From: Marsupella aquatica
Taxonomy: Eukaryota; Plantae; Marchantiophyta
Assembly: GCA_973895155.1 (NCBI GenBank)
Contig: OZ316897.1
Location: forward strand, 894,515-958,514
Length of the DNA stretch: 64,000 nt
Direction of reading: 5' to 3'
Shown one piece after another: positions 38,201-52,045 of this stretch; the first letter of the stretch is position 1; the number at the start of each line of letters is the position of its first letter. The notes under the pieces were generated by a model. It made no database searches. It saw only the letters and a program-made list of their open reading frames with translations, and was not told where the DNA came from. The position numbers and the translations under genes were made by a program.

Positions 38201-38379
38201 GAGGAAAAGGAGACCAAAGAGTAATCAAAGAGGGAACCAAAGGGAGGGGGTTGGGGGTGGCTAGCGGGTTTGGGGTGGTTTGTTGAGCTTTGAAAAGAAA
38301 AAAATGATAAAAACAACAAAAAATCGTTGTCGATGTGTTATACTTGGGTGGTTGATGTCTCCTCTCTTTTGAGTCATGA

Positions 38380-39410
38380 TATCTTTTACTCAAACACATC
38401 TTTTATGCAATGAGATCTTTCTAACAAACAAAATCTTTTACTCAAGCTATCTTTTGCAACATGGTAGTTTTTCTCAACTACATCTTTAGCACAACGTCAT
38501 CTATTACGCATTGACATCTTTCAACAAACAATATCTTTTAGAAAATTACATGTTTTGCACAATGATATCTTTTACTTTACGACATCTTTTGAGGAACCAC
38601 ATATTTTACTTGACAGCATCTTTTGCACAATGTTGTCTTTTACTTAACAACATCTTTTACTTTATGCCATCTTTTGAGCAACCCCATATTTACTTAACTG
38701 CATCTTTGACTTAATGATATCTTTTGCGCAATGACATATTTATTAGCGACATCTTTACTTAAAGACATCTTTAATGCAACGACATGTTCATGCAACATCT
38801 TCTAAGCATCTGACCTCAAGATCTTTTCTCATCTTGACATATTTTCCTCACCTTGAGATCTTCTCTCACCTCAACATATATTTTATCATTTTCTCATTTT
38901 GCCATCTTTTTCTCACCTTACCATATTTATCTCACCACAACATCATTCCCTCACATACCCTCAACATTTTTTCTCACCTTGGCATGTTTTTTCTCTCATC
39001 GACGTCTTAAGGACATCTTGGGTGCCAAAACTTCTTTTTTCTTAATGATATCTTGGCTAACACTATATCTTTTTTCTTGATGACACCTTGGACTACACGA
39101 CATCTTTTTTCTTAACAACATCTTGGGCAACATTACATCGTTTTTCTTAAGGACATCTTGGGTGCCACTATATCATTTTTCTTAACAATATCTTGGGTTT
39201 TCTTCACGACATCTTGGGCAACACCACATTTGTTTTCTTAACAATATCTTGGGCGACACCACATCATTTTTTCTTAATGGCATCTTGGTCGACATGACAT
39301 CTTGGGCAACACAATATTTTTTTTCTTAACAACATCTTAGGCGACATAACATCTTTTTCTTCACAACATCTTGGGCAACACAACATTTTTTTTCTTCATG
39401 ACATCTTTTG
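38380..39410. repeat. Degenerate ACATCTTTT-motif array grading into a ~30-bp tandem repeat (ACATCTTGGGCAACACCACATTTTTTTCTTAA)
   Basis: Directly visible. An inverted-orientation array lies at ~36490-36830 and another same-orientation array at ~44230-44580. Confidence 0.7.
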
Positions 39411-39633
39411 TGCAATGCACAGATATTTAACACTCCTTACTTTAACCTTCTAATTTAGTTCGAATGAAGGCCGCCCTTCACCATGTAATGCCTGCCAAGG
39501 CTTACTTTAAATTTACTTCAATTGGTGCTATTCTCCCCTCCCTACAATATTGTACTCTGCCTTTATAACAGGATTGAAGTCCTTTTGAGCACAATACCTC
39601 CCAGGAGTTGTTAGCTCAACTATTTCTGATTTT

Positions 39634-39950
39634 TTGAAGGATGACAAAAAGTTGGATGAGATGATGCTGCGTCTAAAGCTTGATGGAAATCCGAGAAAAA
39701 ACAACAGGTGCAGGAGGATGCTTTCCATCAAATGCGGTAGAATCTGCTTCTCGCCATCCTTCTAAGAGTTCAGGTTCAGGTAGAACAAGCACGAGTAATG
39801 GGTCAAGAGCTAGTGGTGTTACTTTGACTTCCACTCGTCCTCAGGATTCAGGAGACCCACCTTCTCGTGCTTCTGTCTCAAAAGCTCAGGTTGTCTGATG
39901 GTAATTCGTGGCCTGCTCATGTACAGAACTCCACTCATCCCACTTAGTAC
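39634..39950 (+). pseudogene. Duplicated fragment of the last PPP4R4-like exon
   Basis: KDDKKLDEMMLRLKLDGNPR..ASRHPSKSSGSGRTSTSNG matches ORF 56767-57375; frameshifted and followed by a ~610-bp deletion. Confidence 0.85.
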
Positions 39951-41017
39951 TCAACGCTCAACGCTCAATGCTCTGCTCAAGGGAGAATGATGGTATTGCG
40001 ATTCCGAGTAGTCCAACAAAAATGAATTTATGTTAAAAGAGTCCCACATTCCGAACCTTCGCAACGTTTGTTGCTAGCTTTTGGAATGGTTGGGAGTCCA
40101 TATCATTGAGAATATGGTAGTGCGTAGATCGGAACCAAAGTTCAGTTCCACCGAAACGCACTGATTCTGGAGTCCATGACTCCAGCCTTAGGGACAGGAG
40201 CTTCTGAAAGCTTGTTGAAGCATTCATTAGTAGCCTAATTATGGCAGAGAAACTGTGCAAGATGCCAGGAGCTTTCGTTTTTGACTGGTTCTTCCTCCGT
40301 CACAAATTCCCTAACTAGATCATTGCACTTCATGTAAACAACAGCTCCACAAATCCAGCAAATGTTTGAATCTTTCGTTACTAGAACATCAAGAACGAAA
40401 TCAGCTCCACAAATCCAGCAAATGTTTGAATCTTTCGCTACCAGAACATCAAGAATGAAATCACTATATGGCCCGTGCAATTACAATGCATCGTCCCGCA
40501 ATTAAGTAAAGAAAAGTATTTAAGACAATGTTCAGGAAGATCGTCGTTACGTAAATCCAAAGACAGCATCATGTCGAAAATCATTTGTGACTCCTCTCCA
40601 GCAAATGTGGACAATTCCAAGCACATCTCAGAATTGAGAGACAGAATTGCAATGTTCGTTTATGAAAAGAATTACAGAATACTGAATTTAATCATGTACT
40701 CACTCATGCCTGAACCATGACTGCTGCTGCATGGCTCCTGTCTGTGAGAATGCTTCAATTTTGGGATGATCCCTTCTGCCATAAGCATGTTCTTTCTCCG
40801 TCTAGCGTACGAGGATGTGCAGCTAAGAAAAACATTCCACTTCCACGTACATCACTGATAAAATGGGCACTAAGGCACAACAAGCAGTTGTGCGTACTCT
40901 TATTACCAATCTGCTCTTCTGAACCCAGAGTCCAGTAAGGAAAAGTTCGGGGTCAAATAGTTCCGTCATGCTAATGAGTCTGTGCCCAGCAACACGGACA
41001 AGATCATTCCACTGTCA

Positions 41018-42535
41018 TCACAAAAAGAGCTGATGGACAGTGAGTGAGATGCTGCATCCCATCAACACCATAATGCCCAAGAACCCAATTCTTCTGTAGA
41101 AAACCAAACCAGCGGCAAGTAGACCATGTCAGACTCGAGAACGTTTCGGGAATAGCAAACGTGAGTGAGCAGAATAAGCAAATCATCATAATAGTAGCAG
41201 AAGTAACTTACGTGCCCCTCAGTCTCTTCCTGGGATCACCAGTGGAGTAATCGTTGAAGTAAGTAATACGGGCCGCTAGGAACAAGAGTCCCGCTGCTGT
41301 CGCAATCCTGGGGTGCTGTATAGTTCAACACGGGAATGGGCACACACATTAAGAATTCAGGTACTTTCAAGTAGAATGGAAACATGGAAGGCAAAAATTT
41401 TCAAACACGCCTTCTATACTAGCTCCCAGCTTTCTGTACATGTGACAAAAAACAGCCTCTTAGCCTCGTGCCCCCCAAAGTCACAGAAACCAAAAAATAC
41501 GCATCGTCGCTCGTTGCTCCGATTTATTACTCGGTTCCGATGAAGGAGGAGCTGGACAGAATAAGAAGTGTCGAGGTTGAAATGTACCTGGAGTCCGGCC
41601 AGTAGGAGCGACGCAAAAAAGAACGGGACGATCTCCAAGAAGTTCTGATGTCCCCTCTGTTACGGGAAGTTTCTGTCACATGTTAGTGATCAAACCAGAA
41701 GAACCGGACAACAACTTCCCATCTAATGCCGCACTACACAGTTTCCTTCCTTCGCATCTAGGAAAAGAAATGTCGCTGGAAGAATAGCCCAACTATTCAC
41801 CTGGACACAGTTGAACATCTTAGCCTGCTTGTTCTCACTTTCCAGCGCATACATATTTGGATAATGCACGCCATACCTGCAGAAACACAGCAACGATCAA
41901 TACAGGTGACGCAAAATTATATATTAATCAAACTGCAAAAGGACAAGAGGGGCCCAATCGGGAGACATGACCCCAAATGCAGAAGACCCAATCAAGGGAA
42001 AGCAACCAAAGCAAGACGCTTGGAAACAAGAATAAACAATGCATGACTTTCCAAACGAACGATTTGATGGGGCCCCTTCAGGGAAAGAAACCTCTGACGA
42101 CGCCCCCACTTTTAAAATTGACTCGGCCCCCTTTCCCTGTCACCCCTGCTTATGACGAGTTTGGCCACAATCGTGGTCAGTGGATTCCATAACTCCATCC
42201 AATATGGTACACTGAGCCAGGAGCCCTGCAATCAACCTGGCGTACTCCTACACAGATGTACTATTCCTGAAACTCAAGGACTCCTGCAACTTTGTTTGTG
42301 CCACACTCCCATACCTCCATTTCTCCCTTAGCAAGCAAAACACAACGAAGGCTTTGCTTCCCCGAAGTGCAACCTAAAACAATTGCAGCGCAGGGGGGAA
42401 GTGAAATGACTCCACACTCCATACTTACTTCTTGCGGGCATTCACGACGCCAACCGCCATGAACATGTTGGCCAAGAAGGCTGCCACCACAACCACAGCC
42501 ACAAGGCTAAACTCTGAGGAAACCACGAGCACCAT
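41018..42535 (-). CDS. MGST3: MAPEG-family microsomal glutathione S-transferase 3-like, copy A; exons 42535-42429, 41876-41801, 41656-41588, 41315-41212, 41093-41018 (143 aa)
   Basis: [37 protein letters not shown]...HP...RITYFNDYSTGDPRKR; all introns GT-AG and in phase. Confidence 0.92.
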
Positions 42536-44599
42536 CGTTCTCCCCTAGGTCACAGCACTGATGATCGGATAAGAGCACGTTCACTGCCTGCAAATCAAGG
42601 CCGGAGATTCTTGTCAGCTGTGGTTCGCCATGTGTAAGGGAAAGCCAACGGCAGTAAACATTTCACGAATCACGACTGCACTCCGAAATTTTCAGGGATT
42701 CCCAAAAAAGAAGAGCACAAACTACTTAACCGGAAAGGGACCGTGAAACCATCAAGGTTTCGAATCTAGAGGGGGATGCCACGTTCAAGATGAAACATGT
42801 AAGCTGTCTCCAAAAGCCGAAGGGAGACACAGAGATTAAGACAACACCAAATCGCTATTCCGAGACATAAATTGGCACAAGAACAGCATTGCAAATAAAA
42901 CTGCAAGAACAATGGCCGTCACGTGGGGAACACTTTGTCAGTTGCGGTTTTCCAACTTCAACATTGGGGAAAGGGCGATCAACCAACAAGTGAAGACAAC
43001 TCACAAACGTCAAAAGCGTTTCAGAGGTTTGCACTACTTTCTCAAACAGCCCATCAGAGCATACAAGGAGGTCTAGGCGCTGACTCAGAGTAGATATCAG
43101 AGCGGAAGGCAACATTCACAAACAACCCAATCCAAGAATCAGGATGTCATCAAGACGGTGTCAAACTGGTGCCCTGTCACCGCCCACGCAACAAAAGAAG
43201 GCAGAAATGCAAACTGTGCCTCTGCCCAAGCGGCGACAGAACAAAACATCAACGTGGAGGTCTAGATGCAAACCCAAAGTAGGGAAGCCGACAATCGTAG
43301 ACAACCCAAAACCCTAAATCCCAGAAACACGAGCTCAGGATGTCAAAGGTACCGACGAAAGAAAACAGACGGCAGAAACGCAATCTCTACCTCAAAACCA
43401 GAGAGATCCTCGTTACAAACACTCTGCCACCAGAGCTCTCTCTGGAACTCTCAGCCTCTCTGATTCGGTGTAGAGTAAAATCATCATCATCAAGAACTAC
43501 AATAGACAGTTGCTTCACTTTTTAGAGTGTTCGTCATACTATAATACACAGTTGCGTCACTTTTTAGAGTGTTCGCAGTTAAAATTTGCACAAAAATTAA
43601 AAAATCATGTCAAAGATAAGCAATAAAGCCAAAGTGTGAATTGAGGTTAGTGTGAATCACAAAAAGTTGCACCATTGCCCAAGACAAGCAAGAATAATCA
43701 TACTAGACACTAAGACAAGCAAGAATAATCATACTAGACATAGAAAAGAAGAAGTGAGAGAGGATCAATGCATGAGGATCAAGGAGAATACATCCATGCA
43801 AATAAGTATTGTACATATTCATTGTACATATTCAATATTCTGTGCATCATAATTTTTTGTAATATTGGCAGAGTAGTTTAATTGCTAATAATATTTTAGT
43901 CACTAGATCAATAAAAAACTACTCTCCCAATATTTGTGGTGATTTTTACAGTCATTTGCAGTGTCATTTTCAATGCCAAAAAACAAAAATAATAAGGTCC
44001 AAAAACATAGTGAAGCGCATGGCATGGGTGTTGATGGCAAGGTGTTGGGCGAGGGGCACACTCGCAAAGTAGGGTAGCCCCTTGATCTCACATGGGTAGG
44101 GAGGGGGGGGACAACGAGTGGAGTGATGGTGGATGTGAAAAAGAGAAGACCAAAAATAGGAAAATGGGGAATTTAAAGGGGGAGGTTAAGGTACACCTCT
44201 CATTTTGTTATACTTTTGTGGTTGTCTTTAACCAAACAACATCTTTTATGCAACGCACGGGGATTGAAAGGATACCGACATAATAATCATCTTTGCTAAA
44301 CCCTATACCTGAAACCGATAATATAACGTTGCGCCAATTTATAGAGTGGTTGTCATTCAAATGCAGGGGCATTTTGGGTAAAAAAGAAAAACAATGAAAA
44401 AAACTTGCTCCTTCTCTCCTTGAATTTTTATTTCAAAATAGCTTTCACATAACGACAACTTGGATGAAACGACACCTTTTTCTTATAACATCTTTTACTT
44501 CACGATATCTTTGGCAAAATGACACATTTTTCTTAACAACATATTTCACATAATGGCATCTTTGGCAAAATGACTTCTTTTTACAGAATGGAAGATGGA

Positions 44600-46980
44600 A
44601 TAGATTAAGTTTGAGCTTCATCGGACCAGTCGTTAAGGAGTTATGAATTTTCTAAGGTACCAAAAATTTAATTTGTTACTTTATGCCGACGCTTTTGAAA
44701 GCGTCCAACAGTTGCAGGACGCCTCATGAAGCGTCCACCACTGACAATGATGAAGACCTCGACGCTTTTGAAAGTGTCCGCAGGCCCCAACAAAGAGAAG
44801 ACACCTACGCTTCATGAAGCGTCCATTCAGATCCCGACGCTTTGCAAAGCATCCACCTCTTTCTTCCCGACACTTAGAAAATTTTAGGATTAGACTGCAT
44901 TTTCATCCAATAGCATTTTTGTCTGATTTCTTTGAAGTACTTAGACCACTCAAAAAAGTTTGAGATTTTCCCTACTTGCAGACTGAAGGTAACTCCTGTC
45001 ACTATGTTAAAACCAACATTTTGGGTGTTATTGATTAGTAATTAAAAATAGATAAAGATAATCAAATATTATTTTATGTCAAAAAAGCCTAATAACACTT
45101 AGTCATTTACGCCCCCAAACTTAGTTTTTGTAGAAACCTACTATTAGAGTAATATTCTCTCCATCTTAGTTAGACTCGGGGTATAACCCTCCTTACCACC
45201 ATTATGTTAGGACCTTAAACCTATAAAGTATTTTAGTGTCACTTCTTGTCTAGGGGCCAAAACATTATTCAGTAATGGAGATTGTTGATTAATTGTTCCT
45301 CCTTCCATTGTAACAAGTCATTGAGAGTCAAAGTCTTGTATGGAAGTAAAGCTTTGATTTTGAAGTATGATTAAATTCAAGACTCTTGTGTAGTGATTGA
45401 GTTTAATGCTTAACTTATGAGATTCACATCGAGTTCACTGCTAGGCTTGCTCGTTGTGACAAGATTCGCTAGCCAACTCGAGCATTAATGTTATAATTGT
45501 GAGAAGAAAAATTTTATTTTCAAAGGAATTAGTACCGTTACAATGCACTGTAATAAACCTTAGAATTTGACTTAAGTTGTGTATCACACTTCATCGAATC
45601 ATGTTGATTGCATCATAAGGCTTATCTCTGCATTTGTAACCTGATAGTTACTTTGGGCTTGGTGAGCAAAAATCTTACATCCGACATTATTATAGGTTGG
45701 AGAAAGGATGATTGGAGAGTGGTTGAAAGTTACCATTTTATATATAATAAGACCATAATCTTTTCTCAAGGAGTGGCAGTATTAAAGTGATAATTAAATC
45801 ATCTCAGTCTAAATTTATCTTCATCTATAACTCAGAAATTTTTCTGTACTAGTGTTTTCATGAATTTGTTTATTTCTGTGAGGAGTAAATAAAAGAAATA
45901 GAGAGCAAGAGGTTCTAAAGCTCTCAAAAGGATAAAAATATTCAATCCAATCAAATTTTGTTCTTAAAGGGATCAATACATTGGTCTTGAAGTGAAAAGA
46001 GACACTTTTGGTTCTTCCATCTATACCACAATACATCTTTAGTGTAGATATAGTCTTAAAAGTTTAGTTAAGCAAAGTTACTAAGGACACTACTCATTTA
46101 CAAAAGACGCTCTTAGGAGTTTAGTCTAGCAATCTGGAATGACGCCACTCTTTCACAAAGAACGCCTTAAATGAGTTATTAGAGGAATTTATCATTATAG
46201 TAGACTCTTCTAGGTAATCAATGGAGTGCTACAACTAACCCTATTAAGTCCAATTGAGAGAAGCTGCTATTGTTCAAGTAAGCTGAGAAGATTAAGAAGC
46301 GAGAGATGGAGACCTATTGTTGAACGCTTCTCTTTCACATCAGACTCTCCAAGTAGAGCAATGACAATTATTTTTTGCAATTTTAGATCTGTCTCAAAAG
46401 CACCTAGTTGTTTAAAGGCCTTCTTGAGCTTAGTTTAATCTGAAATTTTGTGAGCATGATCCTTGATAATCAAGCAACTCACTTAAAAATTTTCAGAATT
46501 TTTGGTGATATTTAGCATAGTTTGCAATGACCTACCATTTACCATTTTGTTGCTTAGGTTATTTCATAGAAGAAACTCAAGACTTAGTAGAATATTACAA
46601 ATTTTTAGTGTTTTAACATGAAAAATGAAGAGACATGTTCTTTCTCTTCTCCAAGGCTAGATGCCCATTCTAGACCTATAAGTAGTTGAATAGTTAATTT
46701 GCTTAGTAAGGCTATTTCTTGTTTGACATTGGAGATGCTTGTTGATAAAGAAGAGTAAAATCCATGAATTCAAAAGATGTCCTCGTTCTATTTTAGCCAT
46801 GATTGCAAATTTGTAGTGTCTAAGATGGAAATCAAATTTTATCCTCAATGTTGTGTGCATTATTTGGAAGATTCCATTGGTGATTGAAACCTGTATTAGA
46901 TTCATTACTAGAATTGTTTGCTATGTTGAGATTTGCTAGACAACCTGATTGAAGGTGTTTGAATTTGAGAAAGAAGCAAG
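44600..46980 (+). mobile_element. Highly degenerate probable Ty3/Gypsy remnant (LTR-like region plus gag-like vestige)
   Basis: Repeated GACGCTTTTGAAAGCGTCC palindromic units at 44688-44855, and AT-eroded sequence near 46440-46500 resembling gag KF.G...D...HLK.F. Confidence 0.35.
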
Positions 46981-46989
46981 AGTCTTTGC

Positions 46990-48928
46990 TCGTGACATTA
47001 AGTACCGCTATTTTGCACCGTTGTGCATTAGTGTTTATTTTGGATCGCGTGTTGCCGACAGTTCAATGTCAATTCACTACATTGTAGCCAAAAATATGTT
47101 GTGGTCTTGGTGAGCACTAGAATCTTTCTCTCATGAGAACTTTTGATGATAACATATTGACGACCACTTCTCATTTTGTGTGTGGCAAAAAAATCTAAGG
47201 CAAAAAAGTATTGGATATGGATTTCGCATAATTCCTTGTAAAATGAGAAAAAAGCTGTTGAATCCAAATGTGGGATATGGCGTATCCTCGGGGCATAAGC
47301 CATTTCACATCCCACTTGGGTTTTTCAAAAAATCTCAAACAATAGTAAAATTGCTATGGTCATATTACCTGTGCAAAATATTCCCCAAATTCTTTTTAAC
47401 AGTAACTTCTAACCAATTGTGCCTCGACTATGGTCAAAAACTAACCATGGTCAACACAAAAAGTGTAAATAGAAGTGCCTTGACAAGAAGATAACATTCA
47501 TTTTTCTTTGCATTTGTTTACTCTTTTTCTCATCAAATCTCAAATCTTAATATACTTTTGTATTCAATCAAAATAAAAGCAATCAAGAGGTTGGATTTGG
47601 TGATATATATATAAACTTATTAGTTGAAATTAGAAGGAGGAATGTGAAATGGGATACCGCATATCCCATTTTGGATTCAACCCAAGGATATGAGGCTTTT
47701 GAATTGCACAAGCCTTAAGTTGAGGAGTTGATTCACACAAAATGGGATACCATGTATCCCACTTCAGATTCAATCCAAGGATATGAGGCTTTTGGAATGC
47801 ACAAACTTGTTACCATAAATTGATAAATTAAATCCAAAGCTAGTGAGATACCAGGTCATCTTAACTTTGAGCCCCTAAGCTTTCAAATATTTTTTCAAAG
47901 TCAAATCCAAAGACTCTATCTAGTTGATAGTCTTGAAATGATCCAAATCCATACCTTAACTTCTTCATCACTAGTTGTGATAAGAATTGATGTGGTTTCC
48001 ATGTGTAACTCAATCAAATCCAAATAATGGATTGAAAAGATTTTTACTTTAAAATGCTAAAAATTTGTGTAATAAAACTAAAAATGAACATTAATACTAA
48101 AAATGAATACCAAATAGGATCCATGTTAGTATAATATCTTTGTCATCATTTATCCAAACTCCCATTTAGTATTCACCTCTACTTTTGGCTGAGTTGTGTA
48201 GGACTTGGGAAATAAAATGGGATCCATGGATCCATGTTAGTATTCACACTTGTAATTTGTTACGTGGAGGGTGGCGGTTGGGAAATAAAGGATGTAGAGT
48301 ATGTCCAAACATGTGCTTCGATTAACTTAACTGACTGCGTATATTGACCGTGGTCACTAGTAAAATTTCTGTAGTATGTTATTTTACCTTTGGTAAATAT
48401 TCATATCTAGTTTAATTGGTATGGTAACTTAAAGCGCCAAATGATCAACTTAGCGTGTTTTTGTTTAATTTTCAAAAGATGAATCTGAACGGGATACGAC
48501 GTATCCCATTTTGGTTTGAATGATTTGCTTGCCAAATGGAGATTCATGTTTTTGACGTTTTGTTGGGCAAATTGATTTAACGTGCAGATAGGACTTGTGA
48601 ATTTGTTTTATGGATTTTTTGTTTGATAAATATTTTCAAGATCAATTGTTATAAGATAAGTGATTTTAATGATTTGCCAAGTTTTTGTCAACAAGTATCT
48701 CAACTTGGAATCTGATGTTGGATCCAGTTTTGCATTCATTTACGAATTTGTGTTTTTGATATCGATCAATTTAAGATATCTTTTGCCATTTTCTGTAGTT
48801 TTGCATTCATTTACAAATTTGTGTTTTTGATATCGATCAATTTAAGATATCTTTTGCCATTTTCTGTGAAAATTAAAACACACTTCTCGTTTGGTGGTCA
48901 CACTTCTCATTTGGTCGGTCATCGTGTT
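46990..48928. mobile_element. Probable non-autonomous DNA element with GGGATAC-N3-GTATCCC repeats
   Basis: Right end resembles the Sola-like terminus at ~9945-9997. Palindromic repeats at ~47271, 47650, 47743 and 48491. It truncates the neighbouring gag; the left boundary is uncertain. Confidence 0.45.
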
Positions 48929-51590
48929 TGATAAGAGATGAGCGATCGATGGATCTGAACTCCTTCAAGAAGGCTTGCTTGAATAAAGCCCAATCAGCTT
49001 TGACGTTACTTGGGTAACAATGAAATGAACCATGGGCCTGCCTCTCCTCTCATCATTCCAGGAATGATAGTGAGCTTGTCAGTGTGCAGACTCCCCATTA
49101 GCTTCGGCGATCCCTTCAAACTCCTCAATCCATTCGTCTGGATCATCCTTTGGTCTCCCCTTGAAGGGTACATACTGAACACGGGTACGTTGAGCAACCG
49201 CCATGTGTGCTACTTGGGGTAGTGCGGACCTCTGTGCCACTGGTAGTAGTGCAATGGGCTCTGGACTTGGACTTCGTAGAAGCTCACGTTGCAACACCCC
49301 AAAGAGCTCCCTCCACTCTGGTGCTTGTTCTGCTTCCGGTTCTTTGTCTAGACGTATGGCGTCGTTAGGTGGAGCTTCTTCCCGTTGAACTCCACGATGT
49401 CCTCCCAACTCTTGTTGCAACCTCCTCTCTTTTGCAATCTATAATCGTTCTTTGGCAGCCACTCTTTGTCTAGTACCAATCCAAGAGGGCACTTGGTCTA
49501 GCTCCAGTATCGACATACGTAAGTATTGGGGACTCCCTCTACCCTCCCCTTCTTCCTCTCGGCATCCCATTGAGACCTGCATGCCAAGCTCACACAATAT
49601 ATCATTGACAAATTTGCTCAAACATCAATCATTGCAAGTTGTGTTGTGGTAGATGTACAATAACAAAGTAACCAGAGAACTTCTCACGTATCAACCGTCG
49701 CAAGTTGCGTTGTGGTTGAAACATCTGAAATCCAAATAGACATAGCTCTCCTCCTTCTGCAACCAAACAAGAAGAAGGTTTCCCCGGTAGCGGCGCCAAA
49801 ACCAAGACCACACCTATGTCACCTGCTTATCAAACGATTAACACATCAGATACTGCTTAGTTTCTACTAAAAATTGTTTGTATCGTATGACGGGGACGTG
49901 GAGTGATGCTATATGGATTAATTTTTTTAACTATGGATTAGTAGATTCATTTCCGCTCCCGGAAATATATTTTTTGATCAAGTCTACGGACTATACGTGT
50001 ACTTCGCTTTTGATCAATTCCCATAGACTATCCTATTCCTACTCCTCTTGGCCTTGCTGTCACCACTCTCCCACTTACATGGCCAACCAAACCATGCTAG
50101 GGGAAGAACACAATCGTGCAACAAAGAGAGAGAACACCACACAAGAATTTATGAGAATCCAACCGAATTGATATCTTTTGGTGGCCAACATAACACATTG
50201 CATGGGCAACCCGGCCTCTTGCCGTCTACCCAACTCCTGCCTCACTCAACAATGAACACCTCTCCATCTCACTACTAGGGATCAACTCCCTACTTTTGTT
50301 GAAGGCTAATCCTCAAAACACAACACTAGACTGAGTTCCCCCCTACACCTACCAGGGGTTGCCCTTAAATACAAAAAAAACACCAAAGCAAACAAGCCCT
50401 ACAAGGGTGAGGCAGTCACTACCCTGGCTGGCCGCTACCCCCTGGCGGCGTTGCTAACCTCAAAACCTAACATGCGGCACACACATGTATCACCAACCTA
50501 TCCTATCATAACAGAGATTGATGGTGCCTTCGATGGTGCTCACTACCACTCTGCTAAACAAGGACTCACTTGAGTCCACCACCTCCTATCCTATCTATCT
50601 ACCCTGCCTACCAGCCTCAATCTTCCTCATCGCCACCACTGGTTCGCCGTAAAAGGAGGGGGGCCCTATAATTGTTGAAACTAATTTTTTTTTCATAATT
50701 CACTTCTGAAAAAACATCTGAGAAGCCCTCCTCTTCTTGATCACGGCTCCGTAAATGGCGCACAAAACAGAGATCAAACAGCCAAGATATGATCATTTAA
50801 GTTTTTACAAGACACCGTCCCCCTCCGTTTCGCCCGTACAACACCAGGGGGCCCCAACTTCTCCCACAATAGGGGTCCCCGGCTTTGCTGTTGCCATCTC
50901 CACTTCTGGGAAAAGACTGGGGTCCCCGGCTGCCGGATGTACGGACGTCCGTACGGCTCCGACGACAAGAAATTATCGTCAAAACGTTATCTAACATATC
51001 TTTATCATCTTAACTCAATTTTGGCCGTGTGACACATCGTTGGATTCAGCTCGGCGAGCTCTTTCCAACAAGCCCGTAAACTCCCGATTTTGAGATGGTC
51101 AAAAATCTAATTTTGTACAACCAGGGTCCGTACACACGTTGAAAGCAAGCACAACAGGGAAAGGGTTTAGGGTTTATGAGTGGGTGGGAACCCCACGAGT
51201 GAGAATAGAGAAAAAGGAAAGGAAGAAAGTGCGAGGGCCCCTTCTACGGATGTGCCCCTCTACGGAGTGTCCCATCTATAGATGTGTCATTCTACAGAGT
51301 GCCCCTTTTAGGGAGTGTGGAAAAGAAAGAGAGCAAAACCATGTGAGGACCACACAAAGTGTGAAAGGGGAAAAGGGAACACAAGTGTGGGAACCCCTTC
51401 CTTCTAAGGGTCCTCCCACCATCAATACTCCAAGATTGCCCTAGTTTTGTCATTTTACGGGCATTGAGGTTTCTCAAGATGCCGCTGTTTGATACAAACA
51501 TGAACTCAACAGGGAACCCCAATTTTGCATGGGGCTCATTGAGGGCAGGCTACTTCAAAAATAGTGACAGGTAGCATACAGGGTGCTGCT
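48929..51590 (-). mobile_element. Ty3/Gypsy (non-chromovirus, Athila/Tat-like PBS) 5' fragment: LTR-like region, PBS, truncated gag
   Basis: PBS TGGCGCCGCTACCGGGGA at 49781-49798; gag motif FKGRPKDDPDEWIEEFEGIAEANG...W..FKQAFLKEFR. The outer boundary is approximate. Confidence 0.7.
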
Positions 51591-51774
51591 ACTATTGGAG
51601 AGCCTTAATGCATTGTAAATTCAACAGGTTGGGGCAAATAGTATTATTCTGTAGTATGGGAGTCTTCTCATATTTGAACCTCACTCAAAGATTGAAACAC
51701 TCACTCAAAGATCCAACCATGTACTGCAACTCACATAATTGTTCTATTTATATATTACTAGCCCCAACTAATCA

Positions 51775-52045
51775 TTCTTTGAATGTGAATAGCAAAGAGG
51801 ACAATAAAAGTATTATCAAAATATATTCTCTATTCATATTCTTTGAAGGTTAATGAATTGTTAAAAAAACCCATCATTTTAATAGTCATATATAATATAC
51901 CATTCCCAACTACCCGTTCTTTGAACATGAATAGCGAGAGGATAATAAAAGTATTATCAAAATATATTCTCTATTTATATTCTTTGAAGGTTAATGAAAT
52001 GATAAAAAAACCCATCATTTAATATCATGTATAATATACCATTCT
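51775..52045. repeat. ~140-bp AT-rich tandem duplication
   Basis: AATAAAAGTATTATCAAAATATATTCTCTATT.ATATTCTTTGAAGGTTAATGAA occurs twice. Confidence 0.8.

Larger units (their letters stand above)
39608..43490. repeat. Left arm of a ~4 kb inverted segmental duplication
   Basis: Colinear reverse-complement match to ~52983-57400 along its length. Confidence 0.95.

Noticed and set aside
38990-39410. Regularly spaced ~30-bp repeats that could suggest a CRISPR array
   Set aside because: Degenerate head-to-tail minisatellite without unique spacers; eukaryotic context and no cas genes.
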